Below are positions 1-11,553 of a DNA stretch of 64,000 nt, in pieces (the first letter of the stretch is position 1; the number at the start of each line of letters is the position of its first letter). The position numbers and the translations under genes were made by a program. Source of the DNA: an uncultured Gemmatimonadales bacterium (lineage in GTDB: Bacteria > Gemmatimonadota > Gemmatimonadetes > Palauibacterales > Palauibacteraceae); assembly GCA_963783385.1 (NCBI GenBank), contig CAWANJ010000003.1, positions 256,001 to 320,000 of the forward strand. Direction: 5' to 3'. The notes under the pieces are model-generated. The model saw only the letters and a program-made list of their open reading frames with translations, was not told the origin of the DNA and did no database searches.

Positions 1-439
1 TGACGTCGGTGGCCGCCACCTTGGGCGTGGCCGGCCGTGCGATGGACTGGGGTGGAGGCGGGATCTTGACGTCGGGCGGCAGCCGGATCGTCTGTAGCGC
101 CCTCGAGGAGGTGGCCATGCTGTCGCTATGGAAGTTGGGCGACCAGCTGAAGATGGCCGCATGGATCCCCACCGAGGCCAGCAGCGCGAGCCCGAGGACG
201 AGGCGCTGCTGGTGGACCACCCCCTCGCGGCGCTCGTCCTCGAGTCCCGCGGTGCGGGTCGTCTCCCGTGCCCGACCGGGGCGTTCCGTCTGAACGGTGG
301 GGCGAGCCGAGATCTCGACCGCCGGCTCGAGGACCGCCGTCCCACCCCCGGTGCCCGCCCGCCAGGCCGGCGCGGGTGCGTCGCCCTTCGCCGTCGCCAT
401 CCCCGGATGCGCACCGTGCACGTCGTCGTAGTCCGACAT
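1..439 (-). CDS. tonB: Energy transducer TonB-like protein, N-terminal part (runs off the window edge)
   Basis: Not in the ORF track. Manual translation from ATG 439 (SD GGAGGAG at 450-444) is open to position 1. It has one TM helix with an S-x3-H motif (LVLGLALLASVGIHAAIF) followed by Pro-rich LPPDVKIPPPPQSIARPATP. Confidence 0.7.
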   Translation of the reverse strand, partial: MSDYDDVHGAHPGMATAKGDAPAPAWRAGTGGGTAVLEPAVEISARPTVQTERPGRARETTRTAGLEDERREGVVHQQRLVLGLALLASVGIHAAIFSWSPNFHSDSMATSSRALQTIRLPPDVKIPPPPQSIARPATPKVAATDV

Positions 440-579
440 GACGCTCCTCCCGTGTCCACCGGGGGCTGGATGCCCCCGTATAATTGTGGACGGGACGGCT
501 CACTCCGGCCGTCGGGAGGATCCGGAGCCCCGCGTGGGGCTCCGGTCGAGGCCGCTTGTGGGGAAATGCCCTCGCGCAA

Positions 580-2290
580 CTACTGCTGGCAGGGCGCGTT
601 CCGGTCGGGCACCGGGTGGTCCACCACCGGCCGGTGGTCCAGGTCCGCCACGTGCACGGCCACATCCGCCACCAGGTTGACCACCTTCGCCATGTGCGGG
701 TAGTCGATGTGCTCGGCTTCGTCGGTCACCTGGTGGTAGTCCGAGTGGAGCCCCGTGGTGAAGAAGGTGATCGGGATGCCGTAACGCGCGTAGGAGTAGT
801 GGTCGCTGCGGCAGTAGATGTTGGACGGGTGCCCGTTGGCGTCCATCGCGTAGTCGAACGTCAGGTCGTGCCCGTCCTCGGTGTTCACCTTCTCGATCAG
901 GTCTCCGAGCTCGGTGGACAGCCGGCGCGAGCCCACCAGCTGCACGTAGCTCGGGCTCCCGTGCAGCGGCTGGCCGTCCTTCGTGCGGCCCGTCTCGTCC
1001 GTGGCGTCGCCGCGGCCGACCATGTCCATGTTGAGCTGCGCCACGATCGAGTCCCGGGGGACGGTCGGATGGTCGGTGAAGTACCGCGAGCCGTACAGGC
1101 CCCTCCTCCTCGCCGACGTGCCACACGAAGAGGATCGAGCGCTTCGGGTGCGGGTCCATGGCCTCGATCTTCTGGGCGATCTCGAGGGCGGACACCGAGC
1201 CCGAGCCGTCGTCGTCGGCTCCGTTGTACGTGGAGTCCATCCGGTCCGGGTGGCTCTTCCGGTAGACGGCCAGCAGGGAGTCGACCTCCTCCTGCTGGGC
1301 CGGCGTGGTCCGCTTGCCGCCGTCATCGGCCCCCTCGGGACGCACGACGTGGTTGAAGATCATGATCGAGTCGTGGTCCACGGGCCGGCCCACGCCCAGG
1401 TGATCGTTGTGCGCCCCGATGGCCACGTACTCTCCCTTCAGCTTCGGGTCGCTGCCGGGCACGATGCCGACCACGTTGCGGGCCGGGTAGGGGACGGGCT
1501 CGAGCGAGTAGCGCACGTGGACCGCGGCCGATCCGCCCGCGGTGCCGGGGGACAGGCCCGCCAGGGGCGAGGAGAACATCTTGCCGGCGGCCGCCTCGCT
1601 CACCAGGAACACGGGCATCTGCTCCGAGCCCTGCGGCTGGTCGTCCACGAACATGCGCGGCCGCGTGAAGAAGGCGCGGAACCGGGCCGGCACGCTGTCC
1701 AGGGCGGCGACCGCGATCGCCGCGGCTCCCTCGATCGCCGGGGCGGCGCGGAACAGGCGGCGCAGCGACACGCCCGGCGCGACCCCGAACACCACGAGCT
1801 TGCCCCTGGCCTGGTCGGCGGTGATGGGATGCGAGGCGTCTCCCACCACGCCGCCGTACACGATCGGCAGGGATGCGGCGTCGAAGGAACGGGGCGTGAT
1901 CGGGACGAAGTCGTCGAGGAGCTTCAGCGGGCCGCCGTCCACCGTGAAGCTCGAGCTGTCGCTCAGGGCGCGCGTCTTGAGCGGGATCGTCTGGAAGTAG
2001 GTCCCGTCGTCCCCGGCGGGCACCAGGCCCATGCGCTCGATCTCGTGGGCGATGTAGTTCGTGCCCTTGACGTTGCCCAGTTCGCCCGTGCGGCGGCCCA
2101 GCATCGAGTCGTCGGAGAAGATGTAGAGGCGGGTCATGAGGTCCGCCGGCGTGATGGCGACCGTCGTGGGCTCGGGCGCGTGCTGGCGCGGCAGGCCGCG
2201 GTCGACCGGGAGGGCCGATTGGGCGGCCGCGGCGGCCGGCAGGAGCAGGGCGCAGACCGCAAGCGGGATCGGACGGGTGAGGCGTCGCAT
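580..2290 (-). CDS. Secreted M28 family metallopeptidase with PA-like insert (one frameshift near 1100)
   Basis: Signal peptide; zinc-ligand motifs GAHNDH, GADDDGSG, GEEE in ORF 500..2317. Continues in ORF 580..1326 with LNMDMVGR, RSDHY and DYHQVTD. Confidence 0.88.
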
Positions 2291-2400
2291 GGCCATCTCC
2301 GGGTGACGCGGAAACAAAGGAGTCGCGTCGCCGAATCTGGCGCGGGCCCGGGCCCGGGAAAAGGGCGTCCGCCCGGGGCGGCGCGCTCGTCACTCGAGGC

Positions 2401-2443
2401 TTGACGCGGAGCTCCTTCATTAGAGACTCTTCGATGAGTCTCT
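2401..2443 (+). promoter_or_regulatory. Sigma70-like promoter with an overlapping palindromic operator (putative PadR site)
   Basis: TTGACG at 2401-2406 and GAGACT at 2423-2428. Inverted repeat AGAGACTC-TTCGAT-GAGTCTCT at 2422-2443 lies just upstream of the padR SD and ATG. Confidence 0.6.
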
Positions 2444-2456
2444 CAAGTGAGGAGCC

Positions 2457-2792
2457 ATGACCGAACCGATACCCGTCCTCAAGGGGACCCTGGACGTGCT
2501 GGTGTTGAAGGCGCTCAGCGGGGCGCCCATGCACGGCCTCGAGATCACGGATTGGCTGACTCGTCGCTCGGGCGGGGAGCTCAGCTTCGACGAGTCGGCC
2601 GTCTACCAGGCCCTGTACCGCATGGAGGGACGGGACCTCGTCGAGGCGGAGTGGGGCGTGAGCGACCACAACCGCAAGGCTCGCTACTACCGCATCACGA
2701 AGGCTGGCGAGCGCCACCTCGAGGAGGAGTCGCGACAGCTCGTCCGCTTCGGGGAGCTCGTGAAGACCATCCTCTCTCCCTCTCCCGCCTGA
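2457..2792 (+). CDS. PadR-family transcriptional regulator (short acidobacterial type)
   Basis: 111 aa; [45 protein letters not shown]. Confidence 0.93.
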   Translation: MTEPIPVLKGTLDVLVLKALSGAPMHGLEITDWLTRRSGGELSFDESAVYQALYRMEGRDLVEAEWGVSDHNRKARYYRITKAGERHLEEESRQLVRFGELVKTILSPSPA

Positions 2793-5521
2793 TGCTCCGG
2801 CCCGGCGTCCGCCGGCTGTTCCGGCTGCGTCTCGGGCGCCGCGACGACGTCGAGCGCGAGACCGACAACGAGATCCGGGCGCACCTGGAGATGAGGGCCG
2901 AGGCGCTGGAGAGCCGAGGACTCTCGCCGGAGGAGGCCAGGGCGGAGGCGCGGCGCCGCTTCGGCGAGCTGGAATCCGCCCGGGACGAACTGGTGCGGGC
3001 CGCCCGGCGGCGGGAACGAAGGGTGAGGTGGCGGGACCGGCTGGACGGGGTGCGCCAGGACGTGCGGCACGCGTGGCGGTCGGTGAAGGGCGAGCCCGGC
3101 CTCGCGGCCGTGGTCGATCCTCATCATCGCGCTCGGCGTCGGCGCCAACGCGGCCATGTTCGGGATCCTGGACCACCTCCTGCTCGGCGGCCCGGCGCAC
3201 GTGGTCGACTCCGGCCGGGTCGTCCGTTTCTCCATCCATGCGACGGTGCCGGGCCAGGGCGAGGTGTCCGACAACACGTTCGGGTACGTCGCCTACGCGG
3301 CCCTGCGGGACCACGCACGCGGCCTGGACAGGGTCGCGGCCTACTCCGAGTGGGACGACGTCGTCGGGCAGGGCCGAGGACGCCCACCCCGTGCGCGTCG
3401 GTCACGCCACGGCCGGCTTCTTTCCGCTGCTCGGCGTCCAAGCGGCCGTGGGGAGGTTTTTCGGCCGGGCGGAGGACAGGCCGGGGGACGCCCGGCACGT
3501 GGCGGTGCTCGGGCACGAAGTCTGGCGGAGCCGCTTCGCGGGGGACTCCTCGGTCGTGGGCCGGACCGTGCGCATCGGTGGCGAGCCGTACACCGTCGTG
3601 GGCGTGGCGCCGGCCGGGTTCACCGGCGTGGCGCTGCAGCGCGTTGACGCCTGGCTCCCCATGTCGCTCGTCCATCCGTCGCCGGACTGGAGGACCTCCT
3701 GGCAGGCGCAGTGGCTCAAGATCGTGGCACGACTGGCGCCCGGCGTCACCAGGGAGCGCGGCGCCGCCGAGGCCACCCGGAGCCTTCGGGCCGCCTACCC
3801 CGGAACGGAGAAGTTCATCGAGCGCGCCGACCTCCACGCCGACCCGCTGTCCTACGACGATTCGGGCCACGAGGCCCGGGAAGTGGCCGTGTCGCGCTGG
3901 CTGTTCGCCGTGTCGCTCATCGTCCTCCTGGTGGCGTGCGCCAACGTGGCCAACCTGCTCCTGGCCCGCGCGCTCCGCCGCCGGCGCGAGGTCAGCCTCC
4001 GCGTGGCGCTCGGGATCTCGCGTTGGCGCCTCGTGCGGCTCCTGCTCGGAGAGAGCCTGGCGCTCGCGCTGCTGGGCGGCGTCGCCGCCCTGGCCGTCAT
4101 CCCGGTGGTAGGCCACGTGGTGCGCTCCGCGCTCCTTCCCACGGTCGCGTGGGGCGACGGTCTCGTGCGACGGAAGGGTCCTGGCCGTGGCGGCGGCCCT
4201 GACCCTGGCGACGGGGCTCGCGGCGGGCCTCCTGCCGGCCCTCCACGCGGGCCGGCACGATGTGATCGGATCCCTGCGGGCCGGCATGCGAGGAGAAGGG
4301 GCGGGGACGTCTCGGCTACGATCGGCTCTCGCGGTAGCCCAGGCGGCCCTCTCGGTGCTCCTCCTGGTGGGTGCCGGCCTGTTCATCCGGAGTCTCCATC
4401 ACGCGCGCGGCGATCGACCTGGGGTTCGAGCCCGAACGGGTGCTGATGGTCCGGCCCGACTGGTCGGTCCCCGGGCCGAGCCTCCGCTCCGACGCCGAGG
4501 AGCGGGACCGGCGTCGCGCCCGGCGGAGCGCGTTCTTCGCCGCCGCACTGGTCCGCGCCCGACGCCTGCCGCGAGGTCGAGCGGGCGGCGATCACCGTCG
4601 GTCTCCCGTTCCAGATGTGGTTCACGTTGCGGCTCCGGGTGCCCGGCCTCGACTCCATCCCGAAGCTCCCCGGGGGAGGGCCCTACATCCAGGCCGTGTC
4701 GCCCGGGTACTTCGCCACTATGGGCCTCTCCCTCCTCGAGGGCCGCGTCGTTCGGACCGTCGGACCACGAGGGCAGCGAGTCGGTGGCGGTGGTGAGCCG
4801 CACCATGGCGCGCACCCTGTGGCCCGGGGGCGAGGCGCATCGGGCGATGCCTGCTGATCGGACGGGCCGAGCGGCCTCCCTGCGCACGCGTGGTCGGGAT
4901 CGTCGAGGACGCCCACCGGAACGCCCTGCACGAGCGGCCTTCCATGCAGTACTACATCCCCCTCGGCCAGGAGCGGGGATTCGGCGGATCGGCGCTCGTG
5001 ATACGGCCGCGGGGCGATCCCGAGGCCTTGATCGGGCGTTTGCGCCGGAGGCTGGCGGGACTGGACCCGGAGGTGCTCTACCTTCGCATCGAGAGCCTGG
5101 AGAGCGTCATCGACCCCCACTACCGCCCGTGGCGACTGGGTGCGACGCTCATGGGTGCCTTCGGATCCTGGCCCTGCTCATCGCGGCCATGGGGCTGTAC
5201 AGCCTGGTGGCCTATACGGTCGCGAGTCGGCGCCACGAAGTCGGGATCCGGATGGCGCTGGGGGCCGGCCGCCTGGACATCCTCCGGTGGGTGCTACGGC
5301 GGGGCGTCCTCCTGGTCGCGTCCGGCGTCGCCATGGGCGCGCTGCTGGCGGCCGCGGCGGCTCCGCGCCTCGGCAGGCCTCCTGTTCGAGGAGTCACCGC
5401 TGGACCCGGCGGTGTACGCGGGGGTGGCGGCCCTCCTCTGGCCGTGGCGGTGGCGGCCTGCCTTGTGCCGGCCGGCAGCGCCGCGAAGCTGGACCCGGTC
5501 CGGGCGCTGCGGGCCGACTGA
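2792..5521 (+). CDS. ADOP-like duplicated ABC permease with N-terminal permease-prefix domain (several frameshifts)
   Basis: TGATG-coupled to padR. Prefix [15 protein letters not shown]...ARRRFG; [16 protein letters not shown]; C-terminus [13 protein letters not shown]. Pieces lie in ORFs 2447..4111, 3156..3647, 3028..4446, 4187..5521 and 4890..6923. Confidence 0.85.
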
Positions 5522-5546
5522 CGTCGGCGGCCGGGACGGCGACTCC

Positions 5547-5572
5547 GGCCGCGCGCGCCCCCGCGCGCGGCC
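5547..5572. terminator. GC-rich hairpin between convergent genes
   Basis: GGCCGCGCGCG-CCCC-CGCGCGCGGCC, an 11-bp stem with no U-tract. Confidence 0.4.
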
Positions 5573-5606
5573 ACGGCGACCAGCCGTCGGGCCCGCGACC
5601 GATCCG

Positions 5607-6928
5607 TCACATCTCATTCGGGGGCCCCGGCCTGGGCAATACGATCCTCGCCACGCAGCCCTGGCCTCCGTCGCGGTTCCGCAGCGTGAGGCTGCCGCCG
5701 TGCGCCTCGGCGATCTGGCGGCTGAGGGCCAACCCGATGCCCGATCCGTCCGGCTTCGTGGTGAAGAAGGGCACGAACAGGTTGGCGGTGTCCGAGATCC
5801 CCGGTCCCTCGTCCTCGACGAGCACCTCGACGTAGAGGGCGGTGACTCGCCACCGGACGCGCACGCCGCCCCCCGTCTCCGAGACGGCGTCGACCGCGTT
5901 GTCCAGCAGGTTGATGAGCATCTGGTCCAGCTGATCCGAGTCGGCCCGAATGACGACGTCGGGGCCCGGCTCCACTCGCACCGGGAGCCGGGTCTCGAGC
6001 TTCGCCACGCGGCCGACCCATGTCTCAATGTCCACCGGATTCAGCTCCGGTGGCGGCAGGCGCGCCAGCCGGGCGTAGGAGGACATGAACCGGCCCAGGG
6101 CGGCGGCCCGGCCCGAGATGATCCCGAGTCCCTGCTCCACGTCCGCGGGCTCGAGCGCCGCCCCGCCGTCTCCGAGGCCGTCCCGCAGGCTCTCGGCGAT
6201 GGAGCGGATGGGGGCGAGCGAGTTGTTGATCTCGTGCCCCAGCACCCGAACCAGTCGGCGCCACGCCTTGCGCTCCTCCTCGCGGAGGACCCGGCTCAGG
6301 TCCGACAGGACCAGCAACGTCTGGGGCCGGCCCTCGTGGCGGAGGCCGGTGCGCCGGATCTCCCAGCGGCCCGAGCCGCCCGGGAAGGTCATCTCGACCA
6401 CCCGCGGCGTGTCGCCGGACAGGAAGGGCGCCAGTCCGACGGTGCTGGCGGGACGGCCCGTGAGCGCCCGGGCCGGCCGGTCCAGGAGCTGGGCCCCGGC
6501 CCGGTTGACCAGCCACAGACGGTCGTCCGCGTCGAAGGCGAACACGGCCACGTCGATCTCCTCGAGCACGCCCCGCAGGAGGGCCGTGGCCTCCAGCGTC
6601 CCGATGCGTTCGGTTCGCAGCGTCTCGCCGAGCGCGTTCACCTCGTGCGAGACGAGGCCGAGCGCCCGGTCGGTGCCCTCGGCCCGAACGCGCATCGAGT
6701 AGTCCCCCCGCGGAAGGCGGCCAGCACGTTGGCCAGGGTCTGGAGGGGCCGGACGAGCTCGTGGTGGAGGACGGCGACGAGGGCGATCCAGGTGCCGACG
6801 AGGAGAATGGACGGGACGACCCGCGCCCACGTCGGCCACGGCGCCCGCCACAGGAACAGGAGAGCCAGCAGAACGGCGGGCAGGCCCGCGACGAGGGCGA
6901 GGGCGGGCAAGCGGCGCTGGTAGCTCAC
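5607..6928 (-). CDS. Sensor histidine kinase (2 close TM helices, HAMP/PAS-like region, NtrY-like HisKA + HATPase), frameshift near 6705
   Basis: N-terminus in ORF 6638..6928. H-box RVLGHEINNSLAPI, N-box NLLDNA, DEGPG and FFTTKPDGSGIGL in ORF 5607..6851. Confidence 0.9.
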
Positions 6929-6938
6929 CGCCCGTCTC

Positions 6939-8304
6939 TCAGGGCTCGAGGCCGTAGCGGTCCAGCCGCCGGTACAGGGCGCTGCGGCTGAGTCCCAGCT
7001 CCCCGGCCGCCCGGCTCACGTTGCCCTCGTGGCGGCGGAGCGCCTTCTGAATGAGGATGCGCTCGGCCTCCTCGAGCGTGAGGCCCTCGAGCCCGGGCGC
7101 GCCCTCGCCCGGGGCCCGGAGGCCGAGGTGGGCGACCTCGATACGCCGGCCCTCCGACATGAGGAGCGCGCGCTCGATCACGTGTTCGAGCTCCCGGACG
7201 TTGCCCTTCCACGGGTGGGCGCGCAGCGCCTCCATGGCATTGGCTGCCAGCTCGGGCACGGGCTCGTCCCGGCGCCGGGCCTCGCGGCGCAGGAAGTGCG
7301 CGGCCAGGGCGGGGATGTCCTCGGGCCGACGCCGCAGCGGGGGCACGTGGATCTCCACCGTGTTGAGCCGATAGAAGAGGTCTTCTCGGAAGTTCCCCGC
7401 CGCCACGGCCGCCGCCAGGTCCGCGTTGGTGGCGGCGATCACGCGCACGTCGGCCGTGCGGGTCCGCGAGGAACCCAGGCGCCGAAACTCCCCCGTCTCC
7501 AGCGCCCGGAGGAGCTTGGCCTGCTGGGCGGCCGGCATGGTACCAATCTCGTCCAGGAACAGAGTGGCGCGATCGGCCATCTCGAGGTAGCCGATCCGGT
7601 CGGCCTTGGCGTCCGTGAAGGCGCCGCGGACGTGTCCGAACAGCTCGCTCTCGAACAGGCCCTCCGGAACGGCGCCGGCGTTGAGGGTCACCAGCGGCCG
7701 ACCCGAGCGCGGCGAGCGAGCGTGGAGCCAGCGGGCTACCACCTCCTTCCCCGTCCCGGGCTCCCCGGTGATGAGCACGTTGGCGTCCGAGGGGCCGGCG
7801 CGCTCGATGAGCTGCAGGACCGGCTGCATGGTGCGCGACTCGGCGACCAGCTCCGGCAGGTCGCCCTCTCGCGCCTCGCGCTCCACCTCCAGCCGCTCGA
7901 CGCGGCGCAGGGCCCGGGTGAGCTCGACCTGGTTCTGGAGGGTGGCCAGCAGGCGCTCGTTGTCCCAGGGCTTCTCGACGTAGTCGCGGGCGCCGCGGCG
8001 CATGGCCTCCACCGCCCCCTCCACGCTGCCCCAGGCCGTCATCACCACCACGGAGAGCGTCGGATCCAGGCCGCGGACCGCCGACAGGAGGTCGAGGCCC
8101 TCCTTCCCCGAGGTGGTGTCGCGCGTGTAGTTGAGGTCGAGGAGGGCGAGGTCCAGCTCGCGGGCCTCGACGGTGCGCAGGACGGCCGCGGGCGACGTGG
8201 CCGTCTCGATCTCGTAGCCGTGCCCCTTGAGCAGGAGACGCAGCGCCTCCAGCACGTCGCTTCTGGTCGTCGGCGACCAGGATGCGGGGCGGCGGCTCGC
8301 TCAC
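6939..8304 (-). CDS. Sigma-54-dependent response regulator (REC-AAA+-Fis HTH, NtrC family), frameshift near 8260
   Basis: GTG 8304 overlaps the ATPase stop. RILVADD, phosphoacceptor LLDLNY, GEPGTGKE, ESELFGHVRGAFTDA, FREDLFYRLN, WKGNVREL and a C-terminal HTH. Confidence 0.93.
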
Positions 8305-8972
8305 GCCGGCGGGTCCACGATCCATCCGTCTTCCAGCTGGATGACGCGGTCGCTGCAGGCCGCCACCGCGGGATCGTGGGTCACCTGGATGATGGTCGTT
8401 CCCTCGCGGTTGAGGCCCGAGAGCAGGTCCATGATCTTCTCGCCCTGGCTCGAGTGCAGGCTCCCGGTGGGCTCGTCGGCCAGGATGAGGCTCGGCTCGG
8501 CGATCACGGCCCGGGCCACGGCCACGATCTGCTGCTGCCCGCCCGAGAGCTGGGACGGGAACAGGTCCTTCTTCCCGACGATGTGGAACTGGTCCAGCAT
8601 GTCGGCCACCCGCGCCTCGCGCTCGGCGCGCGGGACGTCCCGGTAGGAGAGGGGGATCTCCAGGTTCTCGGCGACCGTGAGGTCGTCCAGCAGGTGGTAC
8701 TGCTGGAATACGAATCCGATGTGCTCCCTGTGGAGGCGGCTCCGCTCCTTGTTGGAGAGCTCGTGCACGGGCGAGTCGAGGAAGCGGTACTCCCCCCGGT
8801 ACGCGCCGTCCAGCATGCCGAGGATGCCCAGCAGGGTCGACTTCCCGGCCCCGGAGGGCCCCATGATGGTCACGAAGTCGCCGGCCCGGACGTCCAGGTC
8901 GATGCGGCGGAGCACGAAGGTCTCCCCGCCCTTGTAGCCGTAGGACTTCTCGAGGTTGCGTAGCTGGATCAA
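8301..8972 (-). CDS. ABC transporter ATP-binding protein (MacB/LolD-like), second ATPase of the unit
   Basis: GPSGAGKST, LSGGQQQ, LILADEPTGSLHS, VTHD; 223 aa. Confidence 0.93.
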   Translation of the reverse strand: MIQLRNLEKSYGYKGGETFVLRRIDLDVRAGDFVTIMGPSGAGKSTLLGILGMLDGAYRGEYRFLDSPVHELSNKERSRLHREHIGFVFQQYHLLDDLTVAENLEIPLSYRDVPRAEREARVADMLDQFHIVGKKDLFPSQLSGGQQQIVAVARAVIAEPSLILADEPTGSLHSSQGEKIMDLLSGLNREGTTIIQVTHDPAVAACSDRVIQLEDGWIVDPPA

Positions 8973-9019
8973 GGAAGAGCGCTCCGTTTCATGTGGACGG
9001 TCCGCGATGACGCCGGCAT
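8969..9019 (-). other. Bridging mini-ORF (16 aa, MPASSRTVHMKRSALP)
   Basis: ATG directly follows the permease TAG; its TGA overlaps the TTG start of the ATPase (TTGA). Confidence 0.3.
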
Positions 9020-11473
9020 CTACCGATCACGATCCCCGGGCGGCCGACCCTCGGCCCGCAGCGCCACGAGCGGGTCGACCCGTGTGGCCCGCAGCGCCGG
9101 GACCAGGCAGGCCGACAGGGTGGCCACGAGCGTCACGCCGAGCGCGACCCCCACGGTCCGCGGATCCGTCGGCGCCACGCCGAACAGCATGCTCCTCAGA
9201 TAACGGTTCAGAACGACCACGCCGATCATCCCAAGGATAGCCCCCCCCGCCGTCAGGCGCAGACCCCGGAGCAACACGCTGCGCAGGATGGCCCCCCGGC
9301 CGGCCCCGAGTGCCATGCGAATTCCGAACTCCCGCGTGCGTTCCGACACCGCATACTCGATCACCCCGTACATCCCGACCAGCACCAGGATCAGCGCGAC
9401 GCCCGCCACGCTCCCGAGCAGCACCGCCCGGAATCGCTGGGGGGCCACGCCCCGGGCGATGTCGGCGGCCAGCGTCGAGATCTCCGGGACGGGTTGCCGC
9501 GGGTCCACCGAGCGGATCGCCCGGCGCAGCGGTCCAGCGAGCACGCCCGCTCCGAGCCCGGAGCGCACGAGAAAGACGGCCTGGTGGCCCATCGTGATCT
9601 CCGGGACGGTCGACGGTCGCTGCCTGAACGGTATGTAGAAGCCCGGTCCCGGATCCCTGGCCAGGCCGCCGCCGCGGATGTCGGCCGCCACGCCCACCAC
9701 GGTGAGCCAGGCGTCGTCGCCCTCCTCGAAGCGGATCCGTCGACCGATCGGATCGCGGCCCGGGAAGGCCTCCCGCGCCATGGCCTCGTCGATGATCGCC
9801 ACCCTGGTGGCATCGCGGTCGTCACCCTCCCGGAACGAGCGGCCCCGGAGCATCGGGATCCCCACCGTCCGGAAGTAGTCGGGACTGACGACCCCGTACT
9901 GCGCCTGTCGCGCAGCGGTCTGTTCGACACCCTCGACCACGTAGTCGCGGATCGCGTGCCCGCGGTCGATGGGCAGGTTGTTGGCGAGCGCCGCGTGCTC
10001 CACGCCCGGCACGGCGCGCAGCCGCTCCAGGGTCCGGCGATAGAAGGCATCGAGCTCCGTCACGCCCTCGAAGCGCGTGGGAGGGATCCGGACCGCCACC
10101 GTCAGCACGTCCCTCGTGCGGAAGCCGGGGTCCCGCCCCGTCAGCAGGAGAAAGCTGCGCACCAGGAGCCCGGCCCCTACCAGGAGGACCAGGCCGAGGG
10201 CGATCTCCGTGATCGCGAGGCCTTCGCTCACCCTGTGGTGGCGGCCGGAGAGCGAGGGGCTGCGCCCGCCTTCCGCGAGATCCTCGTGCAGCGATCGCCG
10301 AGCGGTGAGGACGGCCGGGACGATCCCGAACAGGCAGCCGGTGGCGATCGACGTGCCCAGGGCGAAGAGCAGCACGGTGAGGTCCACGTGGACCTCGCCC
10401 AGGCGGGCCACGCCCGCCGGCGCCGCGTGCAGCAGCAGTCCGAGAGCCGGATGCACGACGAGCAGGCCCGCCAGGCCACCCAGCAGACACAGGACCAGGC
10501 TCTCCGTCATCAGGCGCTGGATCAGGCGGCGCCGGCCGGCACCCAGCGCCGCACGGATGGCCATCTCCCGGCGCCGCGCGTTGGCCCGCGCGAGCAGGAG
10601 GTTGGCGACGTTGACGCAGGCGATGAGCAGGAGAAGGGCCGTCGCGAGCTGTAGCAGGATCAGCGCCGTGCGGATGCCCCTCACCATCTCCGACTTGAGA
10701 GTGGCGAGCCGAAGTCTCCAGCGTTCGTTCGAGGCGCTCTCGGGGTGCCGGCTCCTGAACATCGAGAACTCATGGTCGAGAGCGGCCTGCGCCTGCTGGA
10801 CCGAGACACCGGGCTTCAATCGCGCGAGAGGGATGACCCACATCATCCGACCTTCGTCGTCCCGTGGCCGCAGGGCGAGCGGCGTCCAGATCCCCGGATC
10901 GTCGACGCGAGGCCCGAGCTGACGGAATCCGCGGGCGGTGACCCCGACGACCCGATGCGGCCTGTCGTTGAGCCGCACCGTTCGCCCCAGGATGTCGCGG
11001 CGCCCCGCGTACCGCGTCTGCCACACCCGGTAGCTGAGGATGGCCGCGGCAGGTGCGCCCGGCCGGGCGTCGGCGGCCGTGAAGTCACGGCCGATCGCCA
11101 TCCCCGCGCCCAGGAGCCCGAGGAGATCGGGCGTGACGCGCGATCCCGCCAGCTGGTAGGCGCGGTCCCCGTCGGTGATGGCGAACGGCTCGGGGGAGTA
11201 TGCGGCCACCCCCTCGAAGATCGTCGAACGGCGCTCCAGGCCCATCGGAATCTCGGCCGGGCTCCACGGCGCCTGTCCCAGGACCACCAGCTCCCCGGAT
11301 TGGGGGTAGGGCAGCGGCCGCAGGAGCACGGCGTCGACGACGGTGAACAGGGCCGTCGTCGCGCCGATTCCCAGGGCCAGGGTGAGGACGGCGATGACCG
11401 TGTAGCCAGGGCTGCGGCGGAGCTGCCGCAGCGCGAAGCGGAGGTCCTGGAGGAGGGCGTCCATGCGTGTCAC
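9020..11473 (-). CDS. ADOP-like duplicated MacB/FtsX ABC permease (array member 14, intact)
   Basis: 817 aa; [31 protein letters not shown], two FtsX domains, [13 protein letters not shown]. Confidence 0.93.
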   Translation of the reverse strand: MTRMDALLQDLRFALRQLRRSPGYTVIAVLTLALGIGATTALFTVVDAVLLRPLPYPQSGELVVLGQAPWSPAEIPMGLERRSTIFEGVAAYSPEPFAITDGDRAYQLAGSRVTPDLLGLLGAGMAIGRDFTAADARPGAPAAAILSYRVWQTRYAGRRDILGRTVRLNDRPHRVVGVTARGFRQLGPRVDDPGIWTPLALRPRDDEGRMMWVIPLARLKPGVSVQQAQAALDHEFSMFRSRHPESASNERWRLRLATLKSEMVRGIRTALILLQLATALLLLIACVNVANLLLARANARRREMAIRAALGAGRRRLIQRLMTESLVLCLLGGLAGLLVVHPALGLLLHAAPAGVARLGEVHVDLTVLLFALGTSIATGCLFGIVPAVLTARRSLHEDLAEGGRSPSLSGRHHRVSEGLAITEIALGLVLLVGAGLLVRSFLLLTGRDPGFRTRDVLTVAVRIPPTRFEGVTELDAFYRRTLERLRAVPGVEHAALANNLPIDRGHAIRDYVVEGVEQTAARQAQYGVVSPDYFRTVGIPMLRGRSFREGDDRDATRVAIIDEAMAREAFPGRDPIGRRIRFEEGDDAWLTVVGVAADIRGGGLARDPGPGFYIPFRQRPSTVPEITMGHQAVFLVRSGLGAGVLAGPLRRAIRSVDPRQPVPEISTLAADIARGVAPQRFRAVLLGSVAGVALILVLVGMYGVIEYAVSERTREFGIRMALGAGRGAILRSVLLRGLRLTAGGAILGMIGVVVLNRYLRSMLFGVAPTDPRTVGVALGVTLVATLSACLVPALRATRVDPLVALRAEGRPPGDRDR

Positions 11474-11553
11474 CGCCTCGGCAGCGTGCGGTCCGACCGC
11501 GTCGGGGCGTTCCCGATCGATCTCCGAGCGGCCGTCGCTCCCTCCTCACTCAT
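11470..11553 (-). other. Bridging mini-ORF (27 aa, [27 protein letters not shown])
   Basis: Starts within ATGAGTGA at the end of member 13 and ends in a GTGA overlap with the start of member 14. Confidence 0.35.

Noticed and set aside
461-490. TATAAT-like AT patch and small hairpin upstream of tonB
   Set aside because: The perfect hexamer is on the strand opposite to tonB and I found no convincing -35.
9241-9248. C8/G8 tract in permease 14 as a phase-variation switch
   Set aside because: Short, in frame, near the 3' end, and unremarkable at this GC content.
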